44,352 nt of DNA from a virus (taxonomy: Duplodnaviria; Caudoviricetes): the IMG/VR virus record IMGVR_UViG_3300032247_000719, positions 1 through 44,352 of that record; one strand, given 5' to 3'. The position numbers and the translations under genes are program-made. Below the pieces are notes generated by a model, which had not been told where the DNA came from, made no database searches, and was given only the letters and a program-made list of their open reading frames with translations. Below, piece by piece: positions 8,615-18,219 of this stretch (position 1 is the first letter of the stretch; the number at the start of each line of letters is the position of its first letter).

Positions 8615-10687
8615 TTAGATTGAGGCAGTTACTGTAGATCCGCCATTTGTTTGGCCAATCTTAATGATTACGAATTCAGCCGGACGCTGTAGAGCTACGC
8701 CGACCTCTACATTCAGCTGACCAGCTGAGATAGTTGCCGGGGTATTAATAGACGAGTCGCACTTAACATAGTACGCTGCAGTAGAAGTTGTACCAGCTAG
8801 ACCGCCTGAACGCCAGTATGCATCAACAACTCCGCTAACTGCTCCAGAAACCTTATTCCATAGGTTCTGATCGTTAGGCTCAAAGACAGCAAACAAGGTA
8901 GCGTTCTTTAGTTCGTACTCTAGATAGTTAAGAGCTCGACGTACGCTAACGTAGACATCTTGATTAGTGCTCTTAATAGTTCTAGAGCCCATTACGCAGG
9001 TACCTGTACCGGGGATTGCTCTAATAATATTTAGGTTACGAGGGTTAGCCACAATACTATTAAAGTCAGTCTCACTAAGAGACACAGTAGGTAAGGCATT
9101 ATCGATAGGATCTGCCGTTCCAGCAGGAGACTTAAAAGCACCAGTCTTACTATCAGTTACACAGTACAAAGCAGTCACCGCTCCACCAGGGAAAACTTCC
9201 TTAGTAACTAGAGGGCTTGTTGATGTAGCGTCATCTACCGTAAGAGTTGGGTAGTACGCTGCTCCATAGTTAGGCGCTGTAGTAAAATCGTTTAAAGCGG
9301 CAAGAGCTGAGGATGCATTAGTAGCGGTTGGAAGATCAATTACTACAAAGGAGTCCCCCCTATCACTAGCATAGGTAAGCAAGCTATTATTTTTAGTTGC
9401 ACTTGCTCCAGGCCAGTTAAGCACGAGTGGTACAGAGACCCCGTCTAGCTTTGTAGTTAGAGTAGCTACATCATTATCACTAGAGCCATTAGAACCCGCC
9501 GTAACAGTCGATACAATACTAGAGGTAGAGCCGCCCAATTTAAACCCGGATGGAGATGAGATATTGTAGGAGTTCCATACAAAGATACCTGTGGATGCTG
9601 TAATAGCACTTGAAGTCCAGCTAGAGGTAAAGGCCGGGAGACGTGTAGCTGAAGTAGTTGGAGTATTTACCGTAGCGGTAATCCACTTAGAACCAACTAC
9701 AGCGTTCTCTACATAGTGTGTAGCATCGGCCTGGTTTAGGCTAAGTCCTGTATAACGCTCAACTACCTCTGAGGTAAGTAGGCCAGAAGCCCCACTAGCT
9801 GCTAAAGCAGAGTCTCTAATACTAGAGTAAACGGTAATATCAAAGAAGTTCTCGGAGGCATTAGGGGTTACAGAGATCCAAGCTCGATTGCTCCAAGACC
9901 CAGCTCCAATTGCCTTAATAGTAAGTGCGTCGGCAGGGGCGGTATAGGCTACGCCGGTCACTGCGCCGGATCCACCAGCCTTAACTACTCCACCTGTAAA
10001 TGTAATAACGCCGACAGTAGCTGTAGCTGTAGTAGTTGCTGTTCCACCATAAGCTAGTGTGATAGCAGTTCCAGTACCAGTAACCCCGGTAATAACAAAG
10101 GTCTTAGAGGTAGTGCTGTTTGCAGGAAGCAGTACTCCCAAGGCGTTGGTAGTAGACGCATTACCATCTTGAGTAACGGTTACGGTAGCGCCTGTCTGAG
10201 CATCAGCAAAAGGAGCACCGCTTGTAGCAGTCACAGTAATAGCAGAGGTGCTTACAGCTACAGTAAGATTAGCAGTAGATGCGGTAACAACTAGCTTGCC
10301 GCTCTGATCTACAACAACAGACTTACCATATTCTGCGTCCTTTTTTACATCTCTAACGATAACTGCTTGGCCACCTTGGTTATCAAAGAAGCTCTTTACG
10401 GCATACTTAAGTGAGGTTGAAGTAGCTGGGTCTAGAGCACTGATGTTAGTACCAAGTACAGCTGGGTCAAAGGCGCTTACTAGTCCATAGCCAAAGATAT
10501 TATTAAACTCATTAAAATTATTAACAACCTGGGCAACAGGAACTACGTTACCGGTTGTGCCTGTTGTAGGCCCTCTATCGGCTACGCCGATGAATGCTCC
10601 GACTGATGGGCCAGAGATCCCAACGTTTGTAATGTTTGGCGACAAGCTTTCCTGAATGTAGACGCCTGGCTTATTAATAGTAGCCAT
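8615..10687 (-). CDS. Contractile tail sheath protein
   Basis: PGVYIQE, AFIGVA.RGP, AV..FF.N.G; C-terminal YVSVRR, FAVFEPND..LW, YYVKCD..IN, V.VA..RPAEFV.I. Confidence 0.96.
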   Translation of the reverse strand: MATINKPGVYIQESLSPNITNVGISGPSVGAFIGVADRGPTTGTTGNVVPVAQVVNNFNEFNNIFGYGLVSAFDPAVLGTNISALDPATSTSLKYAVKSFFDNQGGQAVIVRDVKKDAEYGKSVVVDQSGKLVVTASTANLTVAVSTSAITVTATSGAPFADAQTGATVTVTQDGNASTTNALGVLLPANSTTSKTFVITGVTGTGTAITLAYGGTATTTATATVGVITFTGGVVKAGGSGAVTGVAYTAPADALTIKAIGAGSWSNRAWISVTPNASENFFDITVYSSIRDSALAASGASGLLTSEVVERYTGLSLNQADATHYVENAVVGSKWITATVNTPTTSATRLPAFTSSWTSSAITASTGIFVWNSYNISSPSGFKLGGSTSSIVSTVTAGSNGSSDNDVATLTTKLDGVSVPLVLNWPGASATKNNSLLTYASDRGDSFVVIDLPTATNASSALAALNDFTTAPNYGAAYYPTLTVDDATSTSPLVTKEVFPGGAVTALYCVTDSKTGAFKSPAGTADPIDNALPTVSLSETDFNSIVANPRNLNIIRAIPGTGTCVMGSRTIKSTNQDVYVSVRRALNYLEYELKNATLFAVFEPNDQNLWNKVSGAVSGVVDAYWRSGGLAGTTSTAAYYVKCDSSINTPATISAGQLNVEVGVALQRPAEFVIIKIGQTNGGSTVTASI

Positions 10688-10704
10688 TATTTCTCCTTAG
10701 CTAT

Positions 10705-11331
10705 TTATACAGCGGTCTTGTCTACAGGGAAGTCTGAAGACAGTGGGGTTTTATTAATGTTAACTGTGGTTGGTTGTGGGATAAGTTGAGATGCCTGAGA
10801 TGGGGTCAGCTCACTAGCAACTCTAACGGTATAGGCATTGCGCAGAAGTCGCTTGTTTCCGTTTTGACCCTCTGCCCTATCTATCTTTACCATTCTATCA
10901 GAAAACATATGGCGGTATGAGGTGCTAGTGCCTAAATCATCTGGGACCGGTAAGAATCCACGGAGACCCGGGAACTTCTCATTCATCTGGTAGATAAGAG
11001 CTCGGTCATGCCGAGGGTGCCTGGAATGAGAGGTGACCTGGTAGACAAGGTCGTAAGCAACAGGAATAGGGTAGTTATACCAGTGATCTGTTTGAACCGT
11101 TTGCGTTCCCATATAATTACCGTCATACAGCTCACCGGAGGGCTGCCTGTAATGAGCCTCGGTAACATCGATTAGATCAATCGTAACAAAGGGGAAGTCC
11201 TGAGCACGTAACTCAACATCTGGGTACCCAAACCATACCTTAACGGGGCGTAGATCCACCCTCTCATCAGAAACGGTCATTCCAGATAAATAGTTTTTAA
11301 GGGCTTGGTCTTCAGCTAATATAAATGTCAT
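10705..11331 (-). CDS. Probable tail terminator/completion protein
   Basis: Immediately upstream of sheath; P.V.IDL...P.AYDLVYQV..SR pattern of gp15/DUF4255-like proteins. Confidence 0.6.
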   Translation of the reverse strand: MTFILAEDQALKNYLSGMTVSDERVDLRPVKVWFGYPDVELRAQDFPFVTIDLIDVTEAHYRQPSGELYDGNYMGTQTVQTDHWYNYPIPVAYDLVYQVTSHSRHPRHDRALIYQMNEKFPGLRGFLPVPDDLGTSTSYRHMFSDRMVKIDRAEGQNGNKRLLRNAYTVRVASELTPSQASQLIPQPTTVNINKTPLSSDFPVDKTAV

Positions 11332-11657
11332 GAGACCCTCACTTCAGTAAGGGCCTTATGAGTAGCTTCAAGGATAGCTTCATCCATAAGTTTTGTTAAT
11401 GGTCCATGTTCCCTATTAATAATACGCATAGCTGCCTTGGGGGCACCGCCATTGCCATATTCTAGGTCAAAGACATCGTCCTTATCCTTATCAGAATAGT
11501 CAAGGGTATAGCCGTCTGCGCCATTAATTACATGGACTTTTTCAATCATTTTAGGATCCCAGCCCATATTACGGGCGGTGCGCTGCCACTCAAGGTTAGC
11601 GTCTTTTAGTCGTTTATCCAGCGCTTCTTTTAAATACTCGTCAGCTTTTTCAAACAT
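11328..11657 (-). CDS. Hypothetical neck/tail completion protein
   Basis: Coupled ORF with LEYG.G..P.AAMR motif reminiscent of HK97 gp10-like proteins. Confidence 0.5.
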   Translation of the reverse strand: MFEKADEYLKEALDKRLKDANLEWQRTARNMGWDPKMIEKVHVINGADGYTLDYSDKDKDDVFDLEYGNGGAPKAAMRIINREHGPLTKLMDEAILEATHKALTEVRVS

Positions 11658-11779
11658 TACAGCCGCGACCTAAGCAAAGCACCCAATAGAAAACCCGCCA
11701 AAAATCCAGATGCCTGGTTATGCTTAGCCCCGTAGAGAAACTCACGGCTAGAGCCTTGAGAGATGTTGTCATCGCTCAT
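11657..11779 (-). CDS. Small hypothetical protein (40 aa) with hydrophobic C-terminus
   Basis: Not in ORF track. RBS AGGAG, ATG 11779, MSDDNISQGSSREFLYGAKHNQASGFLAGFLLGALLRSRL; stop overlaps next ATG (TAATG). Confidence 0.7.
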   Translation of the reverse strand: MSDDNISQGSSREFLYGAKHNQASGFLAGFLLGALLRSRL

Positions 11780-11863
11780 AATCAAATCTCCTATTGGCGG
11801 AGTCGCATGGATGTTAGCAAGGTCTTTAGGCCCCTAGCAACAGGGCCAATACCATAGTAAATG

Positions 11864-11885
11864 AAAAAGCGGGCTCGCGCCCGCT
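11864..11885 (-). terminator. Intrinsic terminator
   Basis: AGCGGGC-GCGA-GCCCGCT hairpin followed by TTTT on the minus strand. Confidence 0.8.
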
Positions 11886-11901
11886 AAATCATAAAGAGTT
11901 T

Positions 11902-12234
11902 TTAGGAGTAAGCCCCGGTCTGTACGTATGAAGTTAAAACAACGCAAGTGCTCGCCATGACAGATGAGGCGTATCCATAAATAGCATCCCCGCCGTTTGC
12001 CCAAAACTGAATCTGTCCAGCAGCGCTAGTGGCTGTTGAACCAGACGCTGCGGGGATCTTAATTCCGCCATTTGTGGTACCGAGACCGTCTAGGGTATCG
12101 TCACCGATAGCTAGCGCAGCAGCCGTATCTCTATTCTGAATAGTTACATACGCTTGAGTAGCGCCCTTAGGCACAGTGTAAATAAGAGTCTTAGTAGTCG
12201 CTGGAAGCGATACGGTTACGTGATCTAGAGCCAT
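11902..12234 (-). CDS. Small beta-rich hypothetical virion protein
   Basis: 110 aa, V.IQN...L.IG...GI.I.A...GD.IYG pattern; RBS GAGG. Confidence 0.7.
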   Translation of the reverse strand: MALDHVTVSLPATTKTLIYTVPKGATQAYVTIQNRDTAAALAIGDDTLDGLGTTNGGIKIPAASGSTATSAAGQIQFWANGGDAIYGYASSVMASTCVVLTSYVQTGAYS

Positions 12235-12365
12235 TATTTGTTACCTCTCTTTGGTGCAGCTTTCTTAGCTATAGCCTTCTTAGGTGAGCAGGTGCACTTT
12301 CCCTTATTGCAAGTCTTGCACTTGGATGAACAAGTACATTTTACTTTATTGCACTTTTTACACAT
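12234..12365 (-). CDS. Cys/Lys-rich mini-protein (43 aa, 8 Cys, metallothionein-like spacing)
   Basis: Not in ORF track. MCKKCNKVKCTCSSKCKTCNKGKCTCSPKKAIAKKAAPKRGNK; TAATG overlaps at both ends. Confidence 0.75.
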   Translation of the reverse strand: MCKKCNKVKCTCSSKCKTCNKGKCTCSPKKAIAKKAAPKRGNK

Positions 12366-12478
12366 TACTTCTTATCCTTAGTCTTAGTTGTTTTCTTAGC
12401 AAACTTCTTGTTAGCTGCAGCTAGGGTCTTTTCCCCATGCTTATTCTTAGGCTGCTTACAGCCACATGTTGCGCACAT
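12365..12478 (-). CDS. Basic mini-protein (37 aa) with N-terminal CxxCGC
   Basis: Not in ORF track. MCATCGCKQPKNKHGEKTLAAANKKFAKKTTKTKDKK; RBS AGGAG inside upstream gene end; stop overlaps next ATG. Confidence 0.75.
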   Translation of the reverse strand: MCATCGCKQPKNKHGEKTLAAANKKFAKKTTKTKDKK

Positions 12479-12479
12479 A

Positions 12480-14288
12480 TTACGCTCCTCTTACTATATA
12501 CCAGTTAGTACCATCAGCAACTAGGTCAACCCAAGCCCCCGCTGTACCAGCTAAAATAGCTGTTCCCAACGTAAGGGTAGTTCTAGGGTAGACGTTGCTG
12601 CTTGCAGATACCACTGTGCCAGTGTTCTTATTCATAATTGTAATGGTTTTTCCAGCGGTTGGCGTAGGCAAAGTTACTGTGATAGTCGACGCAGAGTTAG
12701 TAATAAAGCTTGTATCATTAGTAGTAATGCTAAAGCTAGCTGTTTTAATAATTGGAGATTGGCCAGAATCGAGTATAGTTCCGGCGGTAAACGCTCCGTT
12801 GATGGTCAGCGACGAGTCATTGTCCATTGACCAGTCATTTTTGTAAACATTTGTAGGAGACGAAGGCGAACCGGTGCGCTCACCAATGTTTGGGCCACGA
12901 CGTAAAACAGTATTGCTACCGCCATCATAGAAACCAGTAGTGACACCATGAAGGAATGAAGCGCCAGAAACACTTACGTAACTGTTGCCATTGAAACTAG
13001 CTCCATACTGCGGTGAAACAGTACCCGTAGCGTCATCATTGTTCCCAGGGTAAGTTACAAGCGAATCAATTAAAACAGGGACAGTAGCGGAAGAAGCTTT
13101 GAAACCTGCATAAGATCCACCACCAGAGTTGCCGTTACGTCCATCACGGCGGGCAGAGCAGCCATTGAAAACAATAGGACCATTACCTGTGGCATCAACA
13201 TAGAACCCGTTATAGTTGTTTCGGTCAGTTGTACAGCCAGTAAATACTGCGCCACCTGAACCGGCAGGGGTAGTGCCCCAAGAACTTGTGACATAAAAGC
13301 CATGTTGACCAGACCATTCTGAACGGCAGTTAGTAAACACAGTATTTGCTGCGCCAGAAACAAACCATCCAGAAATTGTTGAATACAACGACTGGCAGCT
13401 CACAAAGTTAGAATCAGTCATTCCGCCAACAGAGAAACCAAAGTTTCCACAAGATCGAGCAATAGTTTCAGTGACATACCAAGAGTATGGCTTTTGGACA
13501 CTAGAATCCGTACGAGTGTAGGTTCCTGCAGCAATACCATTATGTGGGACAAACTGTACAGCAACATTGTGAATGATTACTTCACGAACGTTACCTGTCG
13601 CATAGATGCCACGAATAGTTCCCGAAGCAATAGCAGAGCCGTCAATGGTTAAGTTTGTAATACGTTGACCGGTAGATTCGTAAGTGTATCCACCTTCTTC
13701 TTTATCCAACATTCGGATAATGGCAGAGCCGCTAAATGTTGATGCAGCCTTAATCATTGAAGGTTGAGGTGTGCCAACTGGTGAAGAGTTGTAGAAGATG
13801 CGGTTGCCGTGTGTACCCTCAAGGGTAATGGTTGGAAGCAAAACGATAGGTGCAGTAACACGGAAAGTTTTTGCAGGTAGGCGAACAATTCCACCAGCAG
13901 GGCAAGCATTGATTGCGTTCTGGATGGCCGTAGTGTCATCTGTAGTGCCATCACCAACAGCACCATAATCCATAACACTGACAATACCTGTATTGATGGA
14001 TGTTAAAGCAGTTCCGGTAATAGCAGATGGAAGAATTCCCGTAGCAGGGGCTTTGCCGCTTTGTAAAGTATTGATAGAAGATAGTATGCTGACAATACTG
14101 CTCTCAACAGAGCTGATTCTAGAGCCTACGTTTGCTGAGGTACCTTGAGGAAGAACTCCCAAAGTAGTTTCAATAGCTACGATTTCATCACTAATAGCGT
14201 TATGCTGCCCAGCGTGTGACGGGGTACTAGCGGGTGTAGTGCTTGTTACAGTGGTTTTAGTGTAGATATTAGTGGGAAAAACTGCCAT
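12480..14288 (-). CDS. Tailspike / pectate-lyase-like right-handed beta-helix protein
   Basis: SVMDYGAVGDGTTDDTTAIQNAI motif followed by beta-helix repeats; N-terminal coiled anchor; C-terminal LP...G....I.N...LV.DG.NW domain. Confidence 0.88.
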   Translation of the reverse strand: MAVFPTNIYTKTTVTSTTPASTPSHAGQHNAISDEIVAIETTLGVLPQGTSANVGSRISSVESSIVSILSSINTLQSGKAPATGILPSAITGTALTSINTGIVSVMDYGAVGDGTTDDTTAIQNAINACPAGGIVRLPAKTFRVTAPIVLLPTITLEGTHGNRIFYNSSPVGTPQPSMIKAASTFSGSAIIRMLDKEEGGYTYESTGQRITNLTIDGSAIASGTIRGIYATGNVREVIIHNVAVQFVPHNGIAAGTYTRTDSSVQKPYSWYVTETIARSCGNFGFSVGGMTDSNFVSCQSLYSTISGWFVSGAANTVFTNCRSEWSGQHGFYVTSSWGTTPAGSGGAVFTGCTTDRNNYNGFYVDATGNGPIVFNGCSARRDGRNGNSGGGSYAGFKASSATVPVLIDSLVTYPGNNDDATGTVSPQYGASFNGNSYVSVSGASFLHGVTTGFYDGGSNTVLRRGPNIGERTGSPSSPTNVYKNDWSMDNDSSLTINGAFTAGTILDSGQSPIIKTASFSITTNDTSFITNSASTITVTLPTPTAGKTITIMNKNTGTVVSASSNVYPRTTLTLGTAILAGTAGAWVDLVADGTNWYIVRGA

Positions 14289-14289
14289 T

Positions 14290-14883
14290 CTAGCTCACTT
14301 TATCGTAGTTATTATTGTCATAAACTTGAGTATAAGACGAAGAGTCATAGCTAGCTGGGTTCTGTCCAGAACCAGCATATGCCTGAAACTGAGGGTCGTT
14401 TACCATTTCATCTGACATAACTTGCTGAGCGTCAAAAGATAGGATAGTAAACCTCTCTAATACTATACCAGCTTCTTGTGAGATCAGTGGGCGGAAAACT
14501 TCGCCCTTCCATACAAACCTATCACGGTTAAGTGGGTCAGGATTATCAAAGAGATCCGGGATTAAATGCATCATTACGTCCCGCTCAATAGTAAGGTGTA
14601 TCCTGTCTGAGTTGTAGAAGCCCTCTTGAACTAGGTCAGTTTGACCCTGTTTAATAACAGCCTTAACTACAGGGATTTCTACAGGAGCTTTCCACTTACG
14701 GCCTACACCATCTGGAGCTCCTACATCATAAACCGGATCAACGCTACTCCCCGCTTTGTCCCAAACATACCAAAGAACTGTAGTACCGGCCGGCTCTCGC
14801 AGGTCCTTATAAATAGCGTCGTTAATCTCATTGGTCTCCCAATCAGATGTGAATCTACCGCCGGGGTTAAATGCTCTACTCAT
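14290..14883 (-). CDS. Probable head-closure/neck protein
   Basis: VDPVYDVG, DRFVWKG.VF.P pattern; located between adaptor/fibre genes and tail genes. Confidence 0.5.
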   Translation of the reverse strand: MSRAFNPGGRFTSDWETNEINDAIYKDLREPAGTTVLWYVWDKAGSSVDPVYDVGAPDGVGRKWKAPVEIPVVKAVIKQGQTDLVQEGFYNSDRIHLTIERDVMMHLIPDLFDNPDPLNRDRFVWKGEVFRPLISQEAGIVLERFTILSFDAQQVMSDEMVNDPQFQAYAGSGQNPASYDSSSYTQVYDNNNYDKVS

Positions 14884-14975
14884 GGTCGTAGGCTTGTCTT
14901 GTTGATTGCTATACCCTTGCAGCAGTCAGCGTATGAGTCACAATCCTGTGTAGGACAACCAGTACGGCAGGCCAT
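14880..14975 (-). CDS. Cys-rich mini-protein (31 aa)
   Basis: Not in ORF track. MACRTGCPTQDCDSYADCCKGIAINKTSLRP; TAATG at start and ATGA overlap at end fill the gap exactly. Confidence 0.7.
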   Translation of the reverse strand: MACRTGCPTQDCDSYADCCKGIAINKTSLRP

Positions 14976-16108
14976 TACGACAACCTGAACCAAGGGAATG
15001 ACGTTGAGCCAGGAGTAGCACTTACGGCAGTGCTCACGGCAAAATCTGTGGATGTAATTGTGTTACTTAATCCAATGTATGGATCGACTTGGTAAGTATT
15101 AACGGTAATACCCATAACGGAAGCGCCAGTAGTAAAACCAGCGCTAGCATAACCTACAATGCCTATCCAGTAAGTAGTTCCTGCAGTCAAAGTGACTGAA
15201 GTTGGTGCACCATTAGTTGCTGGTGAACCACCATTCGTAATTGTGTAACCCAAAGCAAAAGTTTCTAGCGTTCCTGATAACACACTGCCAAACGCTGCAG
15301 GCGTGGTGGTTGTAGTGGTTCGTTCTTTTTTACTAAAAGAAACACACGTCACACTAGTGGGAACAGTACCACTAGCAGTAAAGATTCCTACCTGAAACTT
15401 GTTTGTACCTGAAATTGGAACACAAACGACCTGATTGGATAAAGAAATACTAGATACGGTAATAGTTTTTTCTGGCGTATACGCTGTAAAATATACGCTG
15501 CCACTAGCTAAAACACGAGAAGTGTTGCAAGCGTATCTGGGTAAAACATCAACGGTGCTATCGGTCAAAGTCATGTACTTTTGTAGTGCTAATTTACTTT
15601 GAGCAATAGCAGCACTTGCTGAAACGTCAGCATTAGTAATTAGTGATGAACTAAGAACACCAGAAGTATTGTTGTGAACAACACCAGCAGTACTAAAACC
15701 ACTAGTTAATGTTGCGCTAGCAGCAGTAATGTTACCACTAGCAGTTACACTACCAGTAGTTACACCGCCAGAAGTTTTGATGGAGTCAGAAGCGGTGCTG
15801 GCTGTAATGATTTGGTTAACAGCTCTAACATTTCCAATGGCTGTGGTTGTTGTTGGAAGTGGTGTGTAATAATCCCAAGCATCAACATTGCCATAATTGG
15901 CAATCACACCTGTGGCAGCCTGGATTTGGCCCGTTGATGCATCTATACTCATAGGCTGACCCGCACTTGAGTTAAGAGTTATTACACCATCTGTACTAAC
16001 ATTTAGTGAGCCTGAGGTTATAGTAGTAGCCTCCACCACCGTAGTATACAACGTCGTAGTAGCCGTAATATTTGGTGCAGTGATATTAGTTTTAAATACC
16101 CTAGACAT
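14975..16108 (-). CDS. Fibre/receptor-binding-like virion protein
   Basis: Thr/Ser-rich; ITNADVSASAAIAQSKL fibre repeat; C-terminal LTAGTTYWIG beta-sandwich; RBS AGGAG. Confidence 0.7.
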   Translation of the reverse strand: MSRVFKTNITAPNITATTTLYTTVVEATTITSGSLNVSTDGVITLNSSAGQPMSIDASTGQIQAATGVIANYGNVDAWDYYTPLPTTTTAIGNVRAVNQIITASTASDSIKTSGGVTTGSVTASGNITAASATLTSGFSTAGVVHNNTSGVLSSSLITNADVSASAAIAQSKLALQKYMTLTDSTVDVLPRYACNTSRVLASGSVYFTAYTPEKTITVSSISLSNQVVCVPISGTNKFQVGIFTASGTVPTSVTCVSFSKKERTTTTTTPAAFGSVLSGTLETFALGYTITNGGSPATNGAPTSVTLTAGTTYWIGIVGYASAGFTTGASVMGITVNTYQVDPYIGLSNTITSTDFAVSTAVSATPGSTSFPWFRLS

Positions 16109-16127
16109 TTACTTCTCCTAAGTTATG

Positions 16128-17837
16128 TTACCCAATAATTGTAACATAGTAGACTGTTGATGTAGCAGGCGCAGTAGCAAACGTAATTGTAGTTTGGCCA
16201 GTACCAGTAGCAGTATTAGTTATATCGCACTCAACCTGAAGACCTGTGGAATCTGTTACTTGTACATGTACAAAACGCCCTAATGCATGGGAGATAGTAA
16301 ACGTTGAAACTGGGGAAACTGCAGGCTGGGTAAATGTAACCGAAAGTTTTTGCGTAACGCTATAACTAGCCGTAATAGCAGCGGCAGTTGTGTTTGATGT
16401 AGCCGTAGCTGTAGTAGCAGAAATGCCACTAAATGGGATACTAGCAGTAGCGGTTACAGCGCCAGTACCGCCTGCAACCATGTAGTTACCTGAGGTAAGT
16501 CCTGTTACTACAAGAGAAGCCGCAGAAGCCGTACCTGAAATTGTAGCCGTTGTAGCAGTTACAGTTGTAGCAGTTACAGCCGTTGCAGTTACTGCGGTAG
16601 CTGTAAGGCTTCCCGTACCTAGACTAAGTGAATTATTAGTAGGAGACGTAATGTTGCTCAAATCATTCCACGCTACAACCTTGGCAACACTTGCAGCAGT
16701 GGCAAATGTAAGCGCAGTACCAGATACCCAAAGGTCACCAATAACATAGCTACCTAAAGTAGGTACTGTGCCAGAAGCTGGAATATTAAAAGATGCATAG
16801 CCAGCAGCTGAAGTAGAGACCGTAGTCTTACCCCCAGTTACACTAATACCTGCTGAAGGGGCAGAAAGACCAATTCCCAACCCACCAAACTGTGGCGTAG
16901 CTGAGGTAGCTACAGACTGAGGAATACCAATAGTAAGCGTTCCATTACCTGTAGTTATAGTAGTATTGCTAGTCCCAAGAGTGGCAGCTACGTACTTACT
17001 TGTAAGGCTATTACCAATAAGAAGCTGTCCATCTGTAGGAGTAGCCGTTGTACCTGTACCGCCCTGTGATGGAAGTACGGTACCACTAAGATTACCGTTA
17101 GCAAATACTGAGAAAGCAATAGGATTAGCCGTAGTGCCTGTAATAGCAGTTACTTTATTTGTTTGAACAAACGTATACTTTGCGTTAGTTCCAGTATTTC
17201 CATTTACATAGGTAATATCGCCAGCACTGACTTCACCAACGGTGTCGTAGTCATACGCACGGGTAAGGGTCCAACTAGTCCCATTAACACAAGCAGTTAC
17301 AGCATAGATACCATTTTGGTCGGTAGCGGTTTGGTCTTTTAGCAAGACTCTAACAGCCGTACCATTTTGTACGTTAGTACCAACATCTCCAGAAACAATG
17401 GTATGGGTATCAATAATCAAGCTTCCCGTACCAGAAAGAGTATCTCCAACACCTGCGCTAGCAGTAGCGTATGTTCCAGAAATATTTGCTGTTGAAGCCC
17501 AAGACACAGCATCGTGAGCATTAACACCAGAAGCAATGCCATCTGCGTAGGCCTTATTAACTACATCGTTAGGATTTGTAGGTACTTTAGCTACAGTAAT
17601 AGTACTTGAAGTTGATGAGATAACAAAGTCAGAAACTAGGTTGCTGCTGAGAACCTGACCATACGCACCCGACAAGTCCTTTACAAATAGCGAACCAGAC
17701 GTAGCGCCACTTGAGGCATTAGCCTTAAAGTATAGACGCCCAAGAATGCCTGAAGGGTCAGCAGTAAGGTTCTCAATAGTAGCACCCGCTAAGGCGTTAC
17801 CATTAAGGTTTACACTAGTTAAAAAGTTACGTGACAT
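16128..17837 (-). CDS. Fibre protein
   Basis: P...D.VNK.YAD, RVL.KDQT...QNGIY....W.LTRA.D, GGTG repeats, C-terminal ISHALG..V.VQV domain. Confidence 0.8.
   Translation of the reverse strand: MSRNFLTSVNLNGNALAGATIENLTADPSGILGRLYFKANASSGATSGSLFVKDLSGAYGQVLSSNLVSDFVISSTSSTITVAKVPTNPNDVVNKAYADGIASGVNAHDAVSWASTANISGTYATASAGVGDTLSGTGSLIIDTHTIVSGDVGTNVQNGTAVRVLLKDQTATDQNGIYAVTACVNGTSWTLTRAYDYDTVGEVSAGDITYVNGNTGTNAKYTFVQTNKVTAITGTTANPIAFSVFANGNLSGTVLPSQGGTGTTATPTDGQLLIGNSLTSKYVAATLGTSNTTITTGNGTLTIGIPQSVATSATPQFGGLGIGLSAPSAGISVTGGKTTVSTSAAGYASFNIPASGTVPTLGSYVIGDLWVSGTALTFATAASVAKVVAWNDLSNITSPTNNSLSLGTGSLTATAVTATAVTATTVTATTATISGTASAASLVVTGLTSGNYMVAGGTGAVTATASIPFSGISATTATATSNTTAAAITASYSVTQKLSVTFTQPAVSPVSTFTISHALGRFVHVQVTDSTGLQVECDITNTATGTGQTTITFATAPATSTVYYVTIIG
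16542..16605. repeat. Imperfect 15-bp coding tandem repeat (TATAV/TATTV x4)
   Basis: GTAGCAGTTACA-type units encoding LTATAVTATAVTATTVTATT within the fibre gene. Confidence 0.6.
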
Positions 17838-17847
17838 TGTTTATCCT

Positions 17848-18219
17848 TTACGATAGGTAAGCGTAGCCGTTAAGGGCTGTAGAGAATGTGGCTATTACGG
17901 TGTTTGTATCTGGCCAGGTTAGGTTGCCTTCATAGATATTTCCATTTGTATCTGTAATTACAACATTTGGGTTGTACCCTAAGCTATGGGTAATGGTCCA
18001 TGTAGTGGATACATTTATTTGATGATACGAGTACCCAGTACCTCCACCTCCCGTTTGAGTGACCCACTCCGTGTCGTAATCGGTACCTGTCTTTTTAGCC
18101 AGAACTTTACCAGCTGCCCCACCAGCAGGTACTCCAGGCCCAGCAGGACCTTGGATACCTTGAGTTCCCTCAGCAACATACGCCCAAGAGGTGCCGTTCC
18201 AATACTTTAGGCTAGTCAT
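17848..18219 (-). CDS. Short collagen-containing fibre adaptor protein
   Basis: Start ATG 18219 (TAATG). LKYWNGTSW, GTQGIQGPAG, GG.AG.VL.K....DYDT.W, C-terminal W.I.H.LG..P.V domain. Confidence 0.75.
   Translation of the reverse strand: MTSLKYWNGTSWAYVAEGTQGIQGPAGPGVPAGGAAGKVLAKKTGTDYDTEWVTQTGGGGTGYSYHQINVSTTWTITHSLGYNPNVVITDTNGNIYEGNLTWPDTNTVIATFSTALNGYAYLS

Noticed and set aside
168-11331. Extracellular contractile injection system (eCIS/tailocin)
   Set aside because: Terminase, portal, scaffold and major capsid are contiguous with the tail genes, so this is a complete phage morphogenesis region.
16542-16605. CRISPR-like or regulatory repeat
   Set aside because: Short in-frame Thr/Ala/Val coding repeat without spacers; no CRISPR array or cas genes seen in the window.
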